Source of the DNA: Candidatus Latescibacterota bacterium
GTDB lineage: Bacteria; Latescibacterota; UBA2968
DNA: 64,000 nucleotides
Assembly (NCBI GenBank): GCA_965222605.1
Contig: OZ244960.1
Location: 1,728,001-1,792,000, forward strand
Direction of reading: 5' to 3'
Made by a program: the position numbers and the translations under genes. Each line of letters starts with the position of its first letter. Within the stretch, counting starts at the first letter, position 1. The notes beneath the pieces were generated by a model. It was not told where the DNA came from, made no database searches, and saw only the letters and a program-made list of their open reading frames with translations. Below, piece by piece: positions 18,675 through 28,157 of this stretch.

Positions 18675-19814
18675 ATGGCGACAATTGTTGATGGCAAAAA
18701 AAGAATTCCATTTTTGCGAGGCATGCTGGCACATTATTTAATCGAGCATGGATTCGCATTTCAAGAGGCATACAAATTCGCAGACGGCATCCGTCGGTCG
18801 CTTCAAAAAGCGAAAGACATCAAAGCCGAAGATATGGCCGATCTGGTGCGAAAACAGGTACAGCGCGAATTTGGTGACCGAATGATTGGCGATGCCATCT
18901 TTTGGGAACCCTCATCGCGGCAAATTTTTATCGAAGAAGGCGAAGATAGGGCATTATTTTCTATGGAGCGGCTCGCCGATTCGCTCGAAGCCATTGGGCT
19001 GGATCACGATCTCTCACACCAGATTGCCTCTGTGGTTGCACAAAAACTTTTGAGTTTACAAAGCAGAGTAATTAAACGACCACAACTTTTTAAGACAACG
19101 CTGAAAATCTTAAAAGACAGCTATGGATCTCAGTATGCCGAGCGCTATCAGGCATGGTATCGGTTTCGCAAGGATCGACAACACAAGCCGCTCGTCATTC
19201 TCATCAGTGGTGCAAGTGGAGTGGGTAAAACCTCTGTGGGATTGGCACTGGCCAATCAGCTAAAAATTTCGCGCGTCGCATCCACCGACGCCATTCGACA
19301 AATTATGCGATTGATGATCTCACCCGAACTGATGCCCGCTTTGCACGCCTCCTCGTTTTCTGCCTGGAAACATACCGGCGCAGAATTGGGCGGTGAGCAC
19401 CCACCGGTTGTGCAGGCATTTCGCGAACAGGCTGTTCGCGTTGGTGTTGGCGTGCGAGCAATGATTGAGCGCGCCATTGAAGAGCATGTCAGCCTGGTGA
19501 TTGACGGGGTGCATCTCTTGCCCGATTTGATCGATTTGAATGCGTACAAAGATCGAACAACATTTATCTGGATGATTTTGTACTTAGATGACAAAAAGCA
19601 ATATGCCGAGCGTTTTGAATTTCGCAGTGAAGAGGCAATGCAAAGGACATCGCACCACTATGTAAAAAATCTCGATGCCATTTTGGAGATTCAGCAACAT
19701 ATCTTAGAAGTGGGCGAAGCATATCGCATCGTGACTGTTGAGAATATAAATTTTGAAGAAACCGTGCAATCGCTCTCTGCACATATTATGGATGTGTTGC
19801 GAAAACGCTACTGA
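18675..19814 (+). CDS. 2-phosphoglycerate kinase-like P-loop kinase with duplicated N-terminal domain
   Basis: PFLRGML N-terminal motif, ISGASGVGKT, STDAIRQIMR, IDGVHLLP; GGAG RBS before ATG 18675. Confidence 0.75.
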   Translation: MATIVDGKKRIPFLRGMLAHYLIEHGFAFQEAYKFADGIRRSLQKAKDIKAEDMADLVRKQVQREFGDRMIGDAIFWEPSSRQIFIEEGEDRALFSMERLADSLEAIGLDHDLSHQIASVVAQKLLSLQSRVIKRPQLFKTTLKILKDSYGSQYAERYQAWYRFRKDRQHKPLVILISGASGVGKTSVGLALANQLKISRVASTDAIRQIMRLMISPELMPALHASSFSAWKHTGAELGGEHPPVVQAFREQAVRVGVGVRAMIERAIEEHVSLVIDGVHLLPDLIDLNAYKDRTTFIWMILYLDDKKQYAERFEFRSEEAMQRTSHHYVKNLDAILEIQQHILEVGEAYRIVTVENINFEETVQSLSAHIMDVLRKRY

Positions 19815-19822
19815 TTCCCCAC

Positions 19823-20128
19823 TCATTTTCTAATAATCACGGCGTATTGAAGCGGGTCATCGCCGATATTTTTTATCCCGTGCAAAATACTGCATTCAAG
19901 ATGCATGGCTTCACCCGTATTGACCGGATGTGTTTGATCGCCGTACAGAACTTCGCCATTTCCTTTGATAACGTAGAAAATTTCCCACCCATCGTGCCGG
20001 TGTGGCGGATGGGCACTCTGGCCTGGACCAACTTCTGAGACATGCAGGTGGAGACGATCGGCATCTGTACCTTCGGTAAATAGAAAACGAGAAATGCCCT
20101 TGATATCAGTGCGAGTTGTGACAGACAT
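19823..20128 (-). CDS. Cupin-domain protein
   Basis: HPPHRHDGWEIFYVIKG...HGIKN; start MSVTT after AGGAG. Confidence 0.85.
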   Translation of the reverse strand: MSVTTRTDIKGISRFLFTEGTDADRLHLHVSEVGPGQSAHPPHRHDGWEIFYVIKGNGEVLYGDQTHPVNTGEAMHLECSILHGIKNIGDDPLQYAVIIRK

Positions 20129-20144
20129 ACATAACTCCTGAAGA

Positions 20145-20396
20145 TTAATGAGGGTGGTCGTCGCAGTCCGGACGGTTGGGATCGTCGATAAACGTACCCG
20201 TATCGAGATATTCGAGAGCTTTGGTATAACTACGGCGCTCGAGAAAATGTCTGAGCTGTGCTGGCGTATTGCGGTCAAGGCCGCGCTGAATATCGTCGAG
20301 TTTGAGCAAATGCTCGGCGATATTTTCTTTATTATCAATAGCCTCAAACATCGCAATAAGTGTGGATCGAATATCTGTAGCTTGATCTGTGGTCAT
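20145..20396 (-). CDS. Small hypothetical protein
   Basis: GGAGG RBS; helical protein with LRHFLERRSYTKAL. Confidence 0.75.
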   Translation of the reverse strand: MTTDQATDIRSTLIAMFEAIDNKENIAEHLLKLDDIQRGLDRNTPAQLRHFLERRSYTKALEYLDTGTFIDDPNRPDCDDHPH

Positions 20397-20443
20397 ACGC
20401 CCTCCATTGTGTTTAGAATTGTCAAAAATAGGCGTGTATAAAG

Positions 20444-20496
20444 AACGCCCGTCAAAATGAACTGCGACCGCAGTTGTAAACCTATCGACGGGCGTT
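20444..20496. other. Nested inverted repeat (possible terminator or structured RNA element)
   Basis: AACGCCCGTC...GACGGGCGTT enclosing AACTGC-GACC-GCAGTT. Confidence 0.5.
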
Positions 20497-20510
20497 TTGC
20501 TGTTTTGATC

Positions 20511-20924
20511 TCACGCTTCAAACTCTTGCGAGGCTGGGTCGGTCTTTGCAGCCGATGAGTCACTTTGCCCACGCCTGAATTGTCGGACTTCGATCCGTGT
20601 ACATTGGAGTGCGCGTTTTAAGTGGGTCAAAGCGCGCTGCGGTTTGGTCTGCGTGCCACAGGTGAACAGGTCAACAGCAGCAAAACCCTGCTCTGGCCAT
20701 GTGTGGATGGTCAGGTGGCTTTCCTGAATGACCACAACACCCGATACACCGAAAGGCGAAAAGTGATGAAACATGCTATTGATCACCGTAGCACCTGCGC
20801 GGTGAGCAGCTTCAATCATAACCGCTTCAAGCGCGGTGACATCATTGAGCAAATTAGCGGAGCAATCGTACAGATCGACGAGCAGATGTTTGCTCAGTGA
20901 ATGGGACATAGACTTTGGAGGCAT
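20511..20924 (-). CDS. speD: S-adenosylmethionine decarboxylase proenzyme
   Basis: GVSGVVVIQE|SHLTIHTWPE pyruvoyl cleavage site; DLFTCG. Confidence 0.9.
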   Translation of the reverse strand: MPPKSMSHSLSKHLLVDLYDCSANLLNDVTALEAVMIEAAHRAGATVINSMFHHFSPFGVSGVVVIQESHLTIHTWPEQGFAAVDLFTCGTQTKPQRALTHLKRALQCTRIEVRQFRRGQSDSSAAKTDPASQEFEA

Positions 20925-21695
20925 TTATGATAGGATTTTTTCGACGTATTCACGCGCAGCAGCACAAGCCTGGGCTGGTTCACCCCAGGTGACTTTTTCA
21001 AGTTCGATGACGAGTTCACCCTCATAACCTGCGCCCTTGAGAATACCGATAACACCTTCAAAAGGCAAATCGCCCTCGCCAAAAGGCACGGGTATTTCCC
21101 CCCTCTGATCTCTCAGGTGAACAAGGCCAATGCGGTCGGCAAAAGCTTCTGCAAAAGCGCGAACATCCACGCCTGCTGAAAGGAGATGACCCGTATCCAT
21201 CAGCACCTTGACGCGATCGGGAAGCTCGGGCAAAATGCTCTGATAATCTTCGATATTCTCGAGCAAATTCCCCTTGTGATTGCCTATGTTGAAGGTAAAG
21301 TCGGAAACGCGCCCGAGCACGTGATTAATACCTGTAATAAAATCTTCGCGCGCTTCGTCTGTGCGATCACCGCCTTTGAGATTGGCACACTGTAGCCGCA
21401 GGGCGCGAGAAAGATGGATATCCCATTCGACCTGGCGCATATTGTATCCCAGATCGCGTTCGTCCTTGGCGGTATTGCGCCCTGTGATGTTGCGAATATT
21501 GAGACCCGTGAGTGTCACGCCTGCATCGTCCAGACGCTCGCGCACCATACGCACCGATGTATCTGCATGAACAGGTGAACTCTCGCTCCATGTACGAAAT
21601 AGTTCAATCCGATCAAAGCCCGCTTCTGTGGCAACATTCAGAGCATCGGGCAAAAGTAAATTGGGACAAACGGTGGTGCTAAAGGTAAGTTGCAT
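20925..21695 (-). CDS. Sugar phosphate isomerase/epimerase (TIM barrel)
   Basis: DTGH, VHLRD, PFGEGD and IELE motifs. Confidence 0.85.
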   Translation of the reverse strand: MQLTFSTTVCPNLLLPDALNVATEAGFDRIELFRTWSESSPVHADTSVRMVRERLDDAGVTLTGLNIRNITGRNTAKDERDLGYNMRQVEWDIHLSRALRLQCANLKGGDRTDEAREDFITGINHVLGRVSDFTFNIGNHKGNLLENIEDYQSILPELPDRVKVLMDTGHLLSAGVDVRAFAEAFADRIGLVHLRDQRGEIPVPFGEGDLPFEGVIGILKGAGYEGELVIELEKVTWGEPAQACAAAREYVEKILS

Positions 21696-21761
21696 AAGGT
21701 TTCTCTTTAAAAAGTTGTCAGTAGCCAGTGGTCAGTCCACTAATCCTCATCTCCTCACATC

Positions 21762-22151
21762 TCACCTCAGATAAAGCACAATATCATCATCCTCGGCCTC
21801 CACGCGATAGGTACGCACGCGCAAATCGTCATCCGTAATGGATTTGCCGGTCTTCAGATCAAACTCCCAGTTGTGCCAGGGACATTTGATAATTTCGTTT
21901 TCGCGTTCATGGCCGATATTTGTTGAACCGAGCTTGAGAGACTGCCCATTGTACACCTCTTCGCCCTCCCATACGACGAGCGGTCGCACGCGGCCCTTGC
22001 AGAGCGGACCCAGGCGGTGAGGGCAGATATTGCGCAGGGCATAGAGGTTGCCATCCACATTGAGAATACCGATTTCCCTATTGTTGATAGTCACAATTTT
22101 GCGCTCGCCGGGTGGCAGATCCGCTATTTTTGCTACCCTGTGTTTCGACAT
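21762..22151 (-). CDS. Rieske 2Fe-2S protein
   Basis: CPHRLGPL and CPWHNWEFD. Confidence 0.92.
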   Translation of the reverse strand: MSKHRVAKIADLPPGERKIVTINNREIGILNVDGNLYALRNICPHRLGPLCKGRVRPLVVWEGEEVYNGQSLKLGSTNIGHERENEIIKCPWHNWEFDLKTGKSITDDDLRVRTYRVEAEDDDIVLYLR

Positions 22152-23263
22152 CAGAAAAGCCCAAGTATCTCGGCGGCATTTTCGCCCATAATACGCTTTT
22201 TCAGATCGTGGTCAATATTGCGAAGGACGTGACCGGGTTCATCCCAATCCCAGTGTGGATAATCACTGGCGAAAACGAGAGTGTCTTCGGCGTGCATCCA
22301 GCGAAGGTATGTTTCCAGGCCATCTTTCCCACCGGGTATATCGGGCATGGGTTGCGTACCCAGGCGGATATGTTTGCGGATATATTCGCTGGGCAGGCGT
22401 TTGACCCACGGTGTGTAGTCGCGCAACGCACGCCAGTCGAGATCGAGGTGCCACATAAGACCCGGCAGCCAGAAAGTGTCCATCTCGACAAATATAAAGT
22501 GGGAATTCTGGAATTTCTCAAACACGCCCTCCACAACGAGACTGGTGACATGGGCCTGTGCAATTTGGGGCCGCGCCATGCGCATTTCGAGATAATAGGT
22601 GGGATATCCCGCAGCAGTAGGCGGTGATGCAAGACCAGCACCTTCACCCCCGAAGTGAACCGAGACTGGCAACCCGTGTCTTTCACAGGCTTCGTAAATG
22701 GGATGGTAGTGGCGGTTGCCAAAAGGCATGCGGGCGCCCGCGGGCATCATAACCTGCACAAAAGCAGGATCGGGACCCAGGCGATCGATTTCCTTTACCG
22801 CGAGTTGCGGATCTACGGGGCAAATATGAATCGAAGCCCGAAACCGCGAATCGGCACTGATCCAGTGGTCTTTTGTCCAATCGTTAAAAGCACTACAATA
22901 GGCCGATGCGTAGTCCGGGTTATTATGAACGGCTGCTGCATAAGGCCCACCCGTGAGAACCGCATAATCTATATCATACACATTGAGGTGCTTCTCAATA
23001 CAAGCCTGTGGCTGATGGGCGGGATTTTCCTTTGGATCTTCCCACAGATCTTTTCGCGCACCGCCTCCCGGCATATTGGTGTACCCGAGTCTGGGCATCA
23101 TCGTACCAAAATCTTTGATATACTCGACAAAGTGCCGCGGCATATACGGATAGAGCGCATCGTCAGTGCCCGGAGAATGGTGTACATCGCAATCTACAAT
23201 TTTGATTTTTGTAAGAGAATTAGCCTTGCCATTTGTGCGCGGGACAGTTGCTGTAGCAGACAT
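22151..23263 (-). CDS. Amidohydrolase family 2 protein
   Basis: DCDVHH and FASDYPHWDWD. Confidence 0.9.
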   Translation of the reverse strand: MSATATVPRTNGKANSLTKIKIVDCDVHHSPGTDDALYPYMPRHFVEYIKDFGTMMPRLGYTNMPGGGARKDLWEDPKENPAHQPQACIEKHLNVYDIDYAVLTGGPYAAAVHNNPDYASAYCSAFNDWTKDHWISADSRFRASIHICPVDPQLAVKEIDRLGPDPAFVQVMMPAGARMPFGNRHYHPIYEACERHGLPVSVHFGGEGAGLASPPTAAGYPTYYLEMRMARPQIAQAHVTSLVVEGVFEKFQNSHFIFVEMDTFWLPGLMWHLDLDWRALRDYTPWVKRLPSEYIRKHIRLGTQPMPDIPGGKDGLETYLRWMHAEDTLVFASDYPHWDWDEPGHVLRNIDHDLKKRIMGENAAEILGLF

Positions 23264-23288
23264 CGTAGCCTCCTATGTGATGGTCAGG

Positions 23289-23317
23289 AGAATAGATTAC
23301 TTCCTTTTCAATGTCAA
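23289..23317 (-). promoter_or_regulatory. Sigma70-type promoter of the amidohydrolase-Rieske operon
   Basis: Minus strand TTGACA-N17-TATTCT. Confidence 0.55.
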
Positions 23318-23318
23318 G

Positions 23319-24065
23319 TCAAACGATATCAAACGTGCGAGCCACCACCCAGTCGGGTCGGGGATTTTCTACCGCACGGGGCTTATTGGACATGGCATTA
23401 TACGCGATGATAAATGTTTTGCGAGGCAATGGCGACATGTTGTGACCCGAGCCATGCACGATATTGCAATCAAAAAACAGCACATCGCCCGGTTTTCCCG
23501 TAATGTGCTCAATATCTTCTTCGCAGATTTTTTCTTTCAAAGTGTCTGTATCAATACACCACTGCTTATAGCTTGTCGTAGTCGTGTCCGCATAGTGCTC
23601 CTGACGTCCCCATTTATGAGACCCCGATACCACCATCAAACAGCCATTGTTGAGCGTTGCCCGATCGAGAAAAACCATAGCTGATACGAGACGCGGATCA
23701 ACGCCATCCCACATCCAGTACCCATAGTCCTGATGCCATAGCCAGACCGTACCTTCAAACGCATCCTTGACATTGAGTTTCGAATGCCAGATATACACGT
23801 CGTCTTTGAGAATCTGCCGAACGGGATGCAGGATTTTGGGATAACTGATGAGATTCTGAAAGGCATCAACGCTCCGATGGGCGAGATAAACCTGACGCAC
23901 TGCACCGCCGCGTTCGCGTTCCCGATGCAACTCGTCGTTCTCTCCATTGAGCAAAAGCGGAACATCGCCGTTGAGTGCATCAACCTCGTCGGCTGAGAGC
24001 AAACCGGGCATAAAAAGATAGCCCTGTTCATTGTATTGTGCGAGTTGTTCATCTGTCCATTTCAT
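23319..24065 (-). CDS. Phytanoyl-CoA dioxygenase-family 2OG-Fe(II) hydroxylase
   Basis: WHQD...HGS facial triad, NGCL..VSGSH; start MKWTDEQ after GGAG. Confidence 0.88.
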   Translation of the reverse strand: MKWTDEQLAQYNEQGYLFMPGLLSADEVDALNGDVPLLLNGENDELHRERERGGAVRQVYLAHRSVDAFQNLISYPKILHPVRQILKDDVYIWHSKLNVKDAFEGTVWLWHQDYGYWMWDGVDPRLVSAMVFLDRATLNNGCLMVVSGSHKWGRQEHYADTTTTSYKQWCIDTDTLKEKICEEDIEHITGKPGDVLFFDCNIVHGSGHNMSPLPRKTFIIAYNAMSNKPRAVENPRPDWVVARTFDIV

Positions 24066-24084
24066 GGGTAACTCCCGGGTATTG

Positions 24085-25860
24085 TTAATTCCCAACCACG
24101 CGTATCCGAAGCATTTGAGAACCTTCCAAAAATAAATCGACATCTTTCTCCATAGAAACAGGTGCAGTCGCGGACTGAATACCGAGAAAATCAAGCGGCA
24201 AATTGCTTGGGAAATTGTCTGGCAAACTGTCGCGCAACGCGCTTTCCCCAACTGGGATATCAGATGTCAAACGCGCTTTTAAGATGACATTTTCATCTAT
24301 TCCATTCACGCGGGCAAAAAAATCTTCGAGCGTTTCATCGCCCCCAAAAAAATCAAACAGCCCAAACAGCCCACCATCTTCCCCAGCAGAACTTTCCCCT
24401 AATGTTGCAGCAGAACCCACTTCGAGCTGGTAAACACCCACAGGAAGCGTATCGGGTATGCTAAATGCCAGCTCGATTTCCCGATCCTCACGCCGCCCCA
24501 CGCGTAGCGAAGTCCTGATAGACAACGTACTCCCAGCACTGATAACCGTATCCGCAGCAACCGCTACTATTTTTCCAAAACGAGATTCGGGCAGCATATC
24601 AATATGAATCTCCGCCTCGCGCATCTGCAAGACGTAATCATTTCTTGTCATGAGTTGCGAGAGTATCCCTCCCAGGTCAGCAGAGGCATTAAAAATTAAA
24701 GACAAAAGCTGCCCTTCTGGCTCTGCATAGAGGCGGGAGCGAGCCAATTTTGAATCTGTTCCAACAAAAGAAATATCCGTCCTGACGCGCACACTGTGAT
24801 TTGGCTCGTTTTCAACTCGGTTAAGCAAAGGCGAGGCCAAAGCCAGCGCAACAAGACCTGCTGTAGTAGAAGGGTCAACAGTTGCCAACCTGTGCGTAAG
24901 CTCAAGCACATTCCCTGAAGAAAACGTATATACACTTCGGATAGGTATCAATTCTGGACCCTCGCCAAGCATACCGCGAACCGCGGGCAAACGGTCTTCG
25001 GTCAGCGTTCCTCGCACCGTTGGATTCAGCGTCGCAAACTTAAATGGCGCAGAGAGATTGGAGATTGGACCGAGCACCACTGCTTCTATAATAGGCAGTT
25101 CTACCGCACCCGAACCGGACATCGGATGCCCAAAACCATATATCCGATTGCCATCGACGTATGATATGGTTCCCAACGAAGCGATCGTAACCTCACCCAG
25201 CATCAAACCAATCGCCAGTGGCCTGCCCGCCTCAAAACTATCCTGATGTTGCGCGGCTCTCCCGGCTGGCGTCAACTCACCCTGGAAGGGCGAATCATCT
25301 GACGGGTAGGCAGGATTGAATCCCGTGCCCAGCAAGGGAATAGTCAGGGGTGTAATACCACTCTCCTCCCAGGTGGCTGCGCTCTTAGCCAATGGCATCG
25401 CTCCCCGGTTGCCAATCACCCATTCTATCGGTGTTGCAAAAAAATAATATGGCGGACTGTCTTGTTGATTAAAACCATAAGCAATAGCACCCCATGTGCC
25501 TTGCTCGGTAAAAATGGGAGAACCACTCATACCCTGGGCAATACCCCCGAGCTGTATCAAAACGGGGTCGGAGGCTTCAACCATATAAACAGGCATTGGC
25601 GGCAAAAAATCGTCAACCACCTGTATGAACGTCATTTCGAGATCTGCGAGTTGACCATTGGCAAATTCGGTCCGCATGAATACGGGCGTACCCGTGGGCA
25701 TAGAACGAACCGAATCAACCGAAACAATAGATGAAAGATGCCAGGGTAGTAAATCCCCCGTTGGGCGCACAACATCTTCTCCTGGAGCAGTTGGCGAAGA
25801 ATCATTGCCACATCCCCATAGACATATAGCAAGCACAAACAGCAATAAACGGATCAACAT
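24085..25860 (-). CDS. Lipoprotein with SpoIVB/peptidase S55 domain
   Basis: Lipobox LWGC; GGIAQGMSGSP and FGHP motifs. Confidence 0.75.
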   Translation of the reverse strand: MLIRLLLFVLAICLWGCGNDSSPTAPGEDVVRPTGDLLPWHLSSIVSVDSVRSMPTGTPVFMRTEFANGQLADLEMTFIQVVDDFLPPMPVYMVEASDPVLIQLGGIAQGMSGSPIFTEQGTWGAIAYGFNQQDSPPYYFFATPIEWVIGNRGAMPLAKSAATWEESGITPLTIPLLGTGFNPAYPSDDSPFQGELTPAGRAAQHQDSFEAGRPLAIGLMLGEVTIASLGTISYVDGNRIYGFGHPMSGSGAVELPIIEAVVLGPISNLSAPFKFATLNPTVRGTLTEDRLPAVRGMLGEGPELIPIRSVYTFSSGNVLELTHRLATVDPSTTAGLVALALASPLLNRVENEPNHSVRVRTDISFVGTDSKLARSRLYAEPEGQLLSLIFNASADLGGILSQLMTRNDYVLQMREAEIHIDMLPESRFGKIVAVAADTVISAGSTLSIRTSLRVGRREDREIELAFSIPDTLPVGVYQLEVGSAATLGESSAGEDGGLFGLFDFFGGDETLEDFFARVNGIDENVILKARLTSDIPVGESALRDSLPDNFPSNLPLDFLGIQSATAPVSMEKDVDLFLEGSQMLRIRVVGN

Positions 25861-25889
25861 GATATCATCCTCAGTTATCCCCCCACCTT

Positions 25890-26735
25890 TTACTGCGCGA
25901 GTTTGATCTCGAATAATTTTGGCCACCACTTGCCCGTAACAAAAATTCGGTCAGTCACGGCATCGTAGGCAATGCCATTGAGCACGCCAACGCGATGGTG
26001 CAAGCGATCAGTTTGAGATAAAATGCCCGTGAGATTAATCCATCCTTTAATCTTACCACTTTTGGGATCGATGCGGGCAATGCGATCGGTTTGCCATACA
26101 TTGGCGAAAATCTGTCCATTGATATATTCAAGCTCATTGAGATAACGAACAGGGCCCGTACTATCTGTCACTTCAATACGCCCAATTTCTCTAAATGTAT
26201 TGGGATCCCGAAAATAAATAATATTCGTGCCATCGCTCATAATCAGCTTTTCGCCATCGTGTGTAAGCCCCCAACCCTCCGTGGAATATGTAAATTGGAC
26301 TTGCAACTCAAACGTGTTTTTGTCGTACACAAAGCATATACCCGATTTCCACGTAAGTTGATACAGGCGATCACCAAAAATCGCGATACCCTCGCCAAAA
26401 AAATCGGATGCAATGCTTTCCTGCATCAAAACTGCACCTGTAGCGGGCGCGACCTTGCGAATAGTTGAAGCACCGTAGTGTCCAGTACTTTCATAAAAAA
26501 AACCATCTTCAAAAACCAACCCCTGGGTAAAAGCATTGGAATCGTGTAAGTAGGTATTGACAATAGTGTAGGTATAGATGGACGGGAGCGCAGACTCAGA
26601 AGTAGAGGAATCAGAACCCGGAAGGGGCGGCGTATGGTTGCATGTGAAAAAAAAGAATATGCAAAAAAAAATAAAAAAATCGCGAACACATCTTTTGGTA
26701 TTGGCAATCAATGGTTTAATCCCAAAAATTTTCAT
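25890..26735 (-). CDS. Glutaminyl-peptide cyclotransferase
   Basis: FTQGL, ESTG.YG, FGEG, EGWGL, LNELE, VLNGIA, TGKWW. Confidence 0.92.
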   Translation of the reverse strand: MKIFGIKPLIANTKRCVRDFFIFFCIFFFFTCNHTPPLPGSDSSTSESALPSIYTYTIVNTYLHDSNAFTQGLVFEDGFFYESTGHYGASTIRKVAPATGAVLMQESIASDFFGEGIAIFGDRLYQLTWKSGICFVYDKNTFELQVQFTYSTEGWGLTHDGEKLIMSDGTNIIYFRDPNTFREIGRIEVTDSTGPVRYLNELEYINGQIFANVWQTDRIARIDPKSGKIKGWINLTGILSQTDRLHHRVGVLNGIAYDAVTDRIFVTGKWWPKLFEIKLAQ

Positions 26736-26851
26736 ATGTTTGGGCAGTTGGTGCGACAGGCCTCACACCATACCGTTCTTGTTAAATATACGATTATGGC
26801 GCATAATACTCAAGTGGATGAATTTCCAAAAAATGCGATTGGAGGTTGGTT

Positions 26852-28102
26852 ATGAATGGTAAATTTGACCTGCTGTTAAAAGGCGGGCGGGTAATTGATC
26901 CCGCCAATGGGGTGAACGGATTCTGCGATGTGGGAATTTCGGATGGCAAAATTGCAAAGGTGGAAACGGATATCGCCGCAGAAGAAGCAGACCATGTGGT
27001 GGATGTGTCAGATCTGCTAATAACGCCCGGGTTAATCGATATTCACATCCACGCCTATTTCACCCGCGCACCAGGAGAGGGCCTCTTCAGTTCGAGCCTG
27101 AATCCAGACGCACATTTTCCACTCTCTGGCGTAACAACATGCGTGGATACGGGATCCGCGGGATGCGAGGAAATAGCGCATTTTCGCCGAACCGTCATGG
27201 AGCATGCAAAAACGCGAGTGCTGGCTTATGTAAATATTTCTGCACCCGGTATGGGCGCGCCAGAGCAAGATATCCGGACCTTTGACGTAGATAGCGCTGC
27301 AAAAGCCGCCCGCGAACACAGCGAAGTGGTCGTCGGTATCAAAACAGCACATTATTGGACAAGCGCGCCATTTGACGAAATGCACCCGCCCTGGGAATCG
27401 GTGGAAAAAGCAGTCGAAGCCGGCGATGGATGTAGCATGCCCGTCATGGTCGATTTTTGGCCGCGTCCGCCCGAACGGTCCTACCCCGCGTTGATACTCG
27501 ACAAACTCCGCCCAGGTGATATTCACACCCATGTTTATGCGCGGCAATTCCCCGTAGTAGATAACAGCGGAAACGTCGAGCCATATATGTTTGAAGCCAG
27601 ACAACGCGGAATCTGGTTTGACCTGGGGCATGGCGCTGCGAGTTTCTGGTATCGCAACGGCGCGCGAGCCATTGCCAATGGATTTGCCCCCGACTCCATC
27701 AGCACAGACCTGCACATGGGCAATATTTCTGGTACCGTATTCAGCATGCAAGACACCATGTCAAAATGTCTGGCAATGGGCATGACCCTCGAAGATGTGG
27801 TTTACAGATCAACCGCGACGCCAGCCCGTGCAATCGGGCGGCCGGAATTGGGCACGCTATCAGTGGGTGCAGAAGCGGATGTTGCAGTATTAGCCCTCGA
27901 AACGGGCAAGTTCTCATTTCAGGACTGTGGCTATACGCGAATAGATACGGATCAACGCCTGATCTGTCGGCTTACAATTCGCAATGGACAGATCATTTTT
28001 GACCGAGACGCGCGCACCGTGCCCCATTGGGAAGACGCGCCCCCTGAATACTGGCCGGTAACGGAAACACCCGTCAGGGTTCCCAGATTGTGGCGAGCCT
28101 GA
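26852..28102 (+). CDS. Amidohydrolase/deacetylase-family metallohydrolase (dihydroorotase-like)
   Basis: PGLIDIHIH, DLGHG, SISTDLH. Confidence 0.88.
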   Translation: MNGKFDLLLKGGRVIDPANGVNGFCDVGISDGKIAKVETDIAAEEADHVVDVSDLLITPGLIDIHIHAYFTRAPGEGLFSSSLNPDAHFPLSGVTTCVDTGSAGCEEIAHFRRTVMEHAKTRVLAYVNISAPGMGAPEQDIRTFDVDSAAKAAREHSEVVVGIKTAHYWTSAPFDEMHPPWESVEKAVEAGDGCSMPVMVDFWPRPPERSYPALILDKLRPGDIHTHVYARQFPVVDNSGNVEPYMFEARQRGIWFDLGHGAASFWYRNGARAIANGFAPDSISTDLHMGNISGTVFSMQDTMSKCLAMGMTLEDVVYRSTATPARAIGRPELGTLSVGAEADVAVLALETGKFSFQDCGYTRIDTDQRLICRLTIRNGQIIFDRDARTVPHWEDAPPEYWPVTETPVRVPRLWRA

Positions 28103-28118
28103 GTGATTGGCACAAACA

Positions 28119-28157
28119 AAAAGGCGATTCATCGCGCGCTGGATCGCCTTTTCTTTT
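28119..28157. terminator. Bidirectional intrinsic terminator
   Basis: AAAAGGCGAT...ATCGCCTTTT between convergent genes. Confidence 0.7.

Noticed and set aside
23319-24065. Ectoine hydroxylase ectD
   Set aside because: Has WHQDYGYW rather than the EctD signature WHSDFETWH, and there are no ect genes nearby.
26647-26679. Phase-variable homopolymers (A8, A9, A7) in the glutaminyl cyclase 5' region
   Set aside because: Explained by Phe codons of the signal peptide; the frame is intact.
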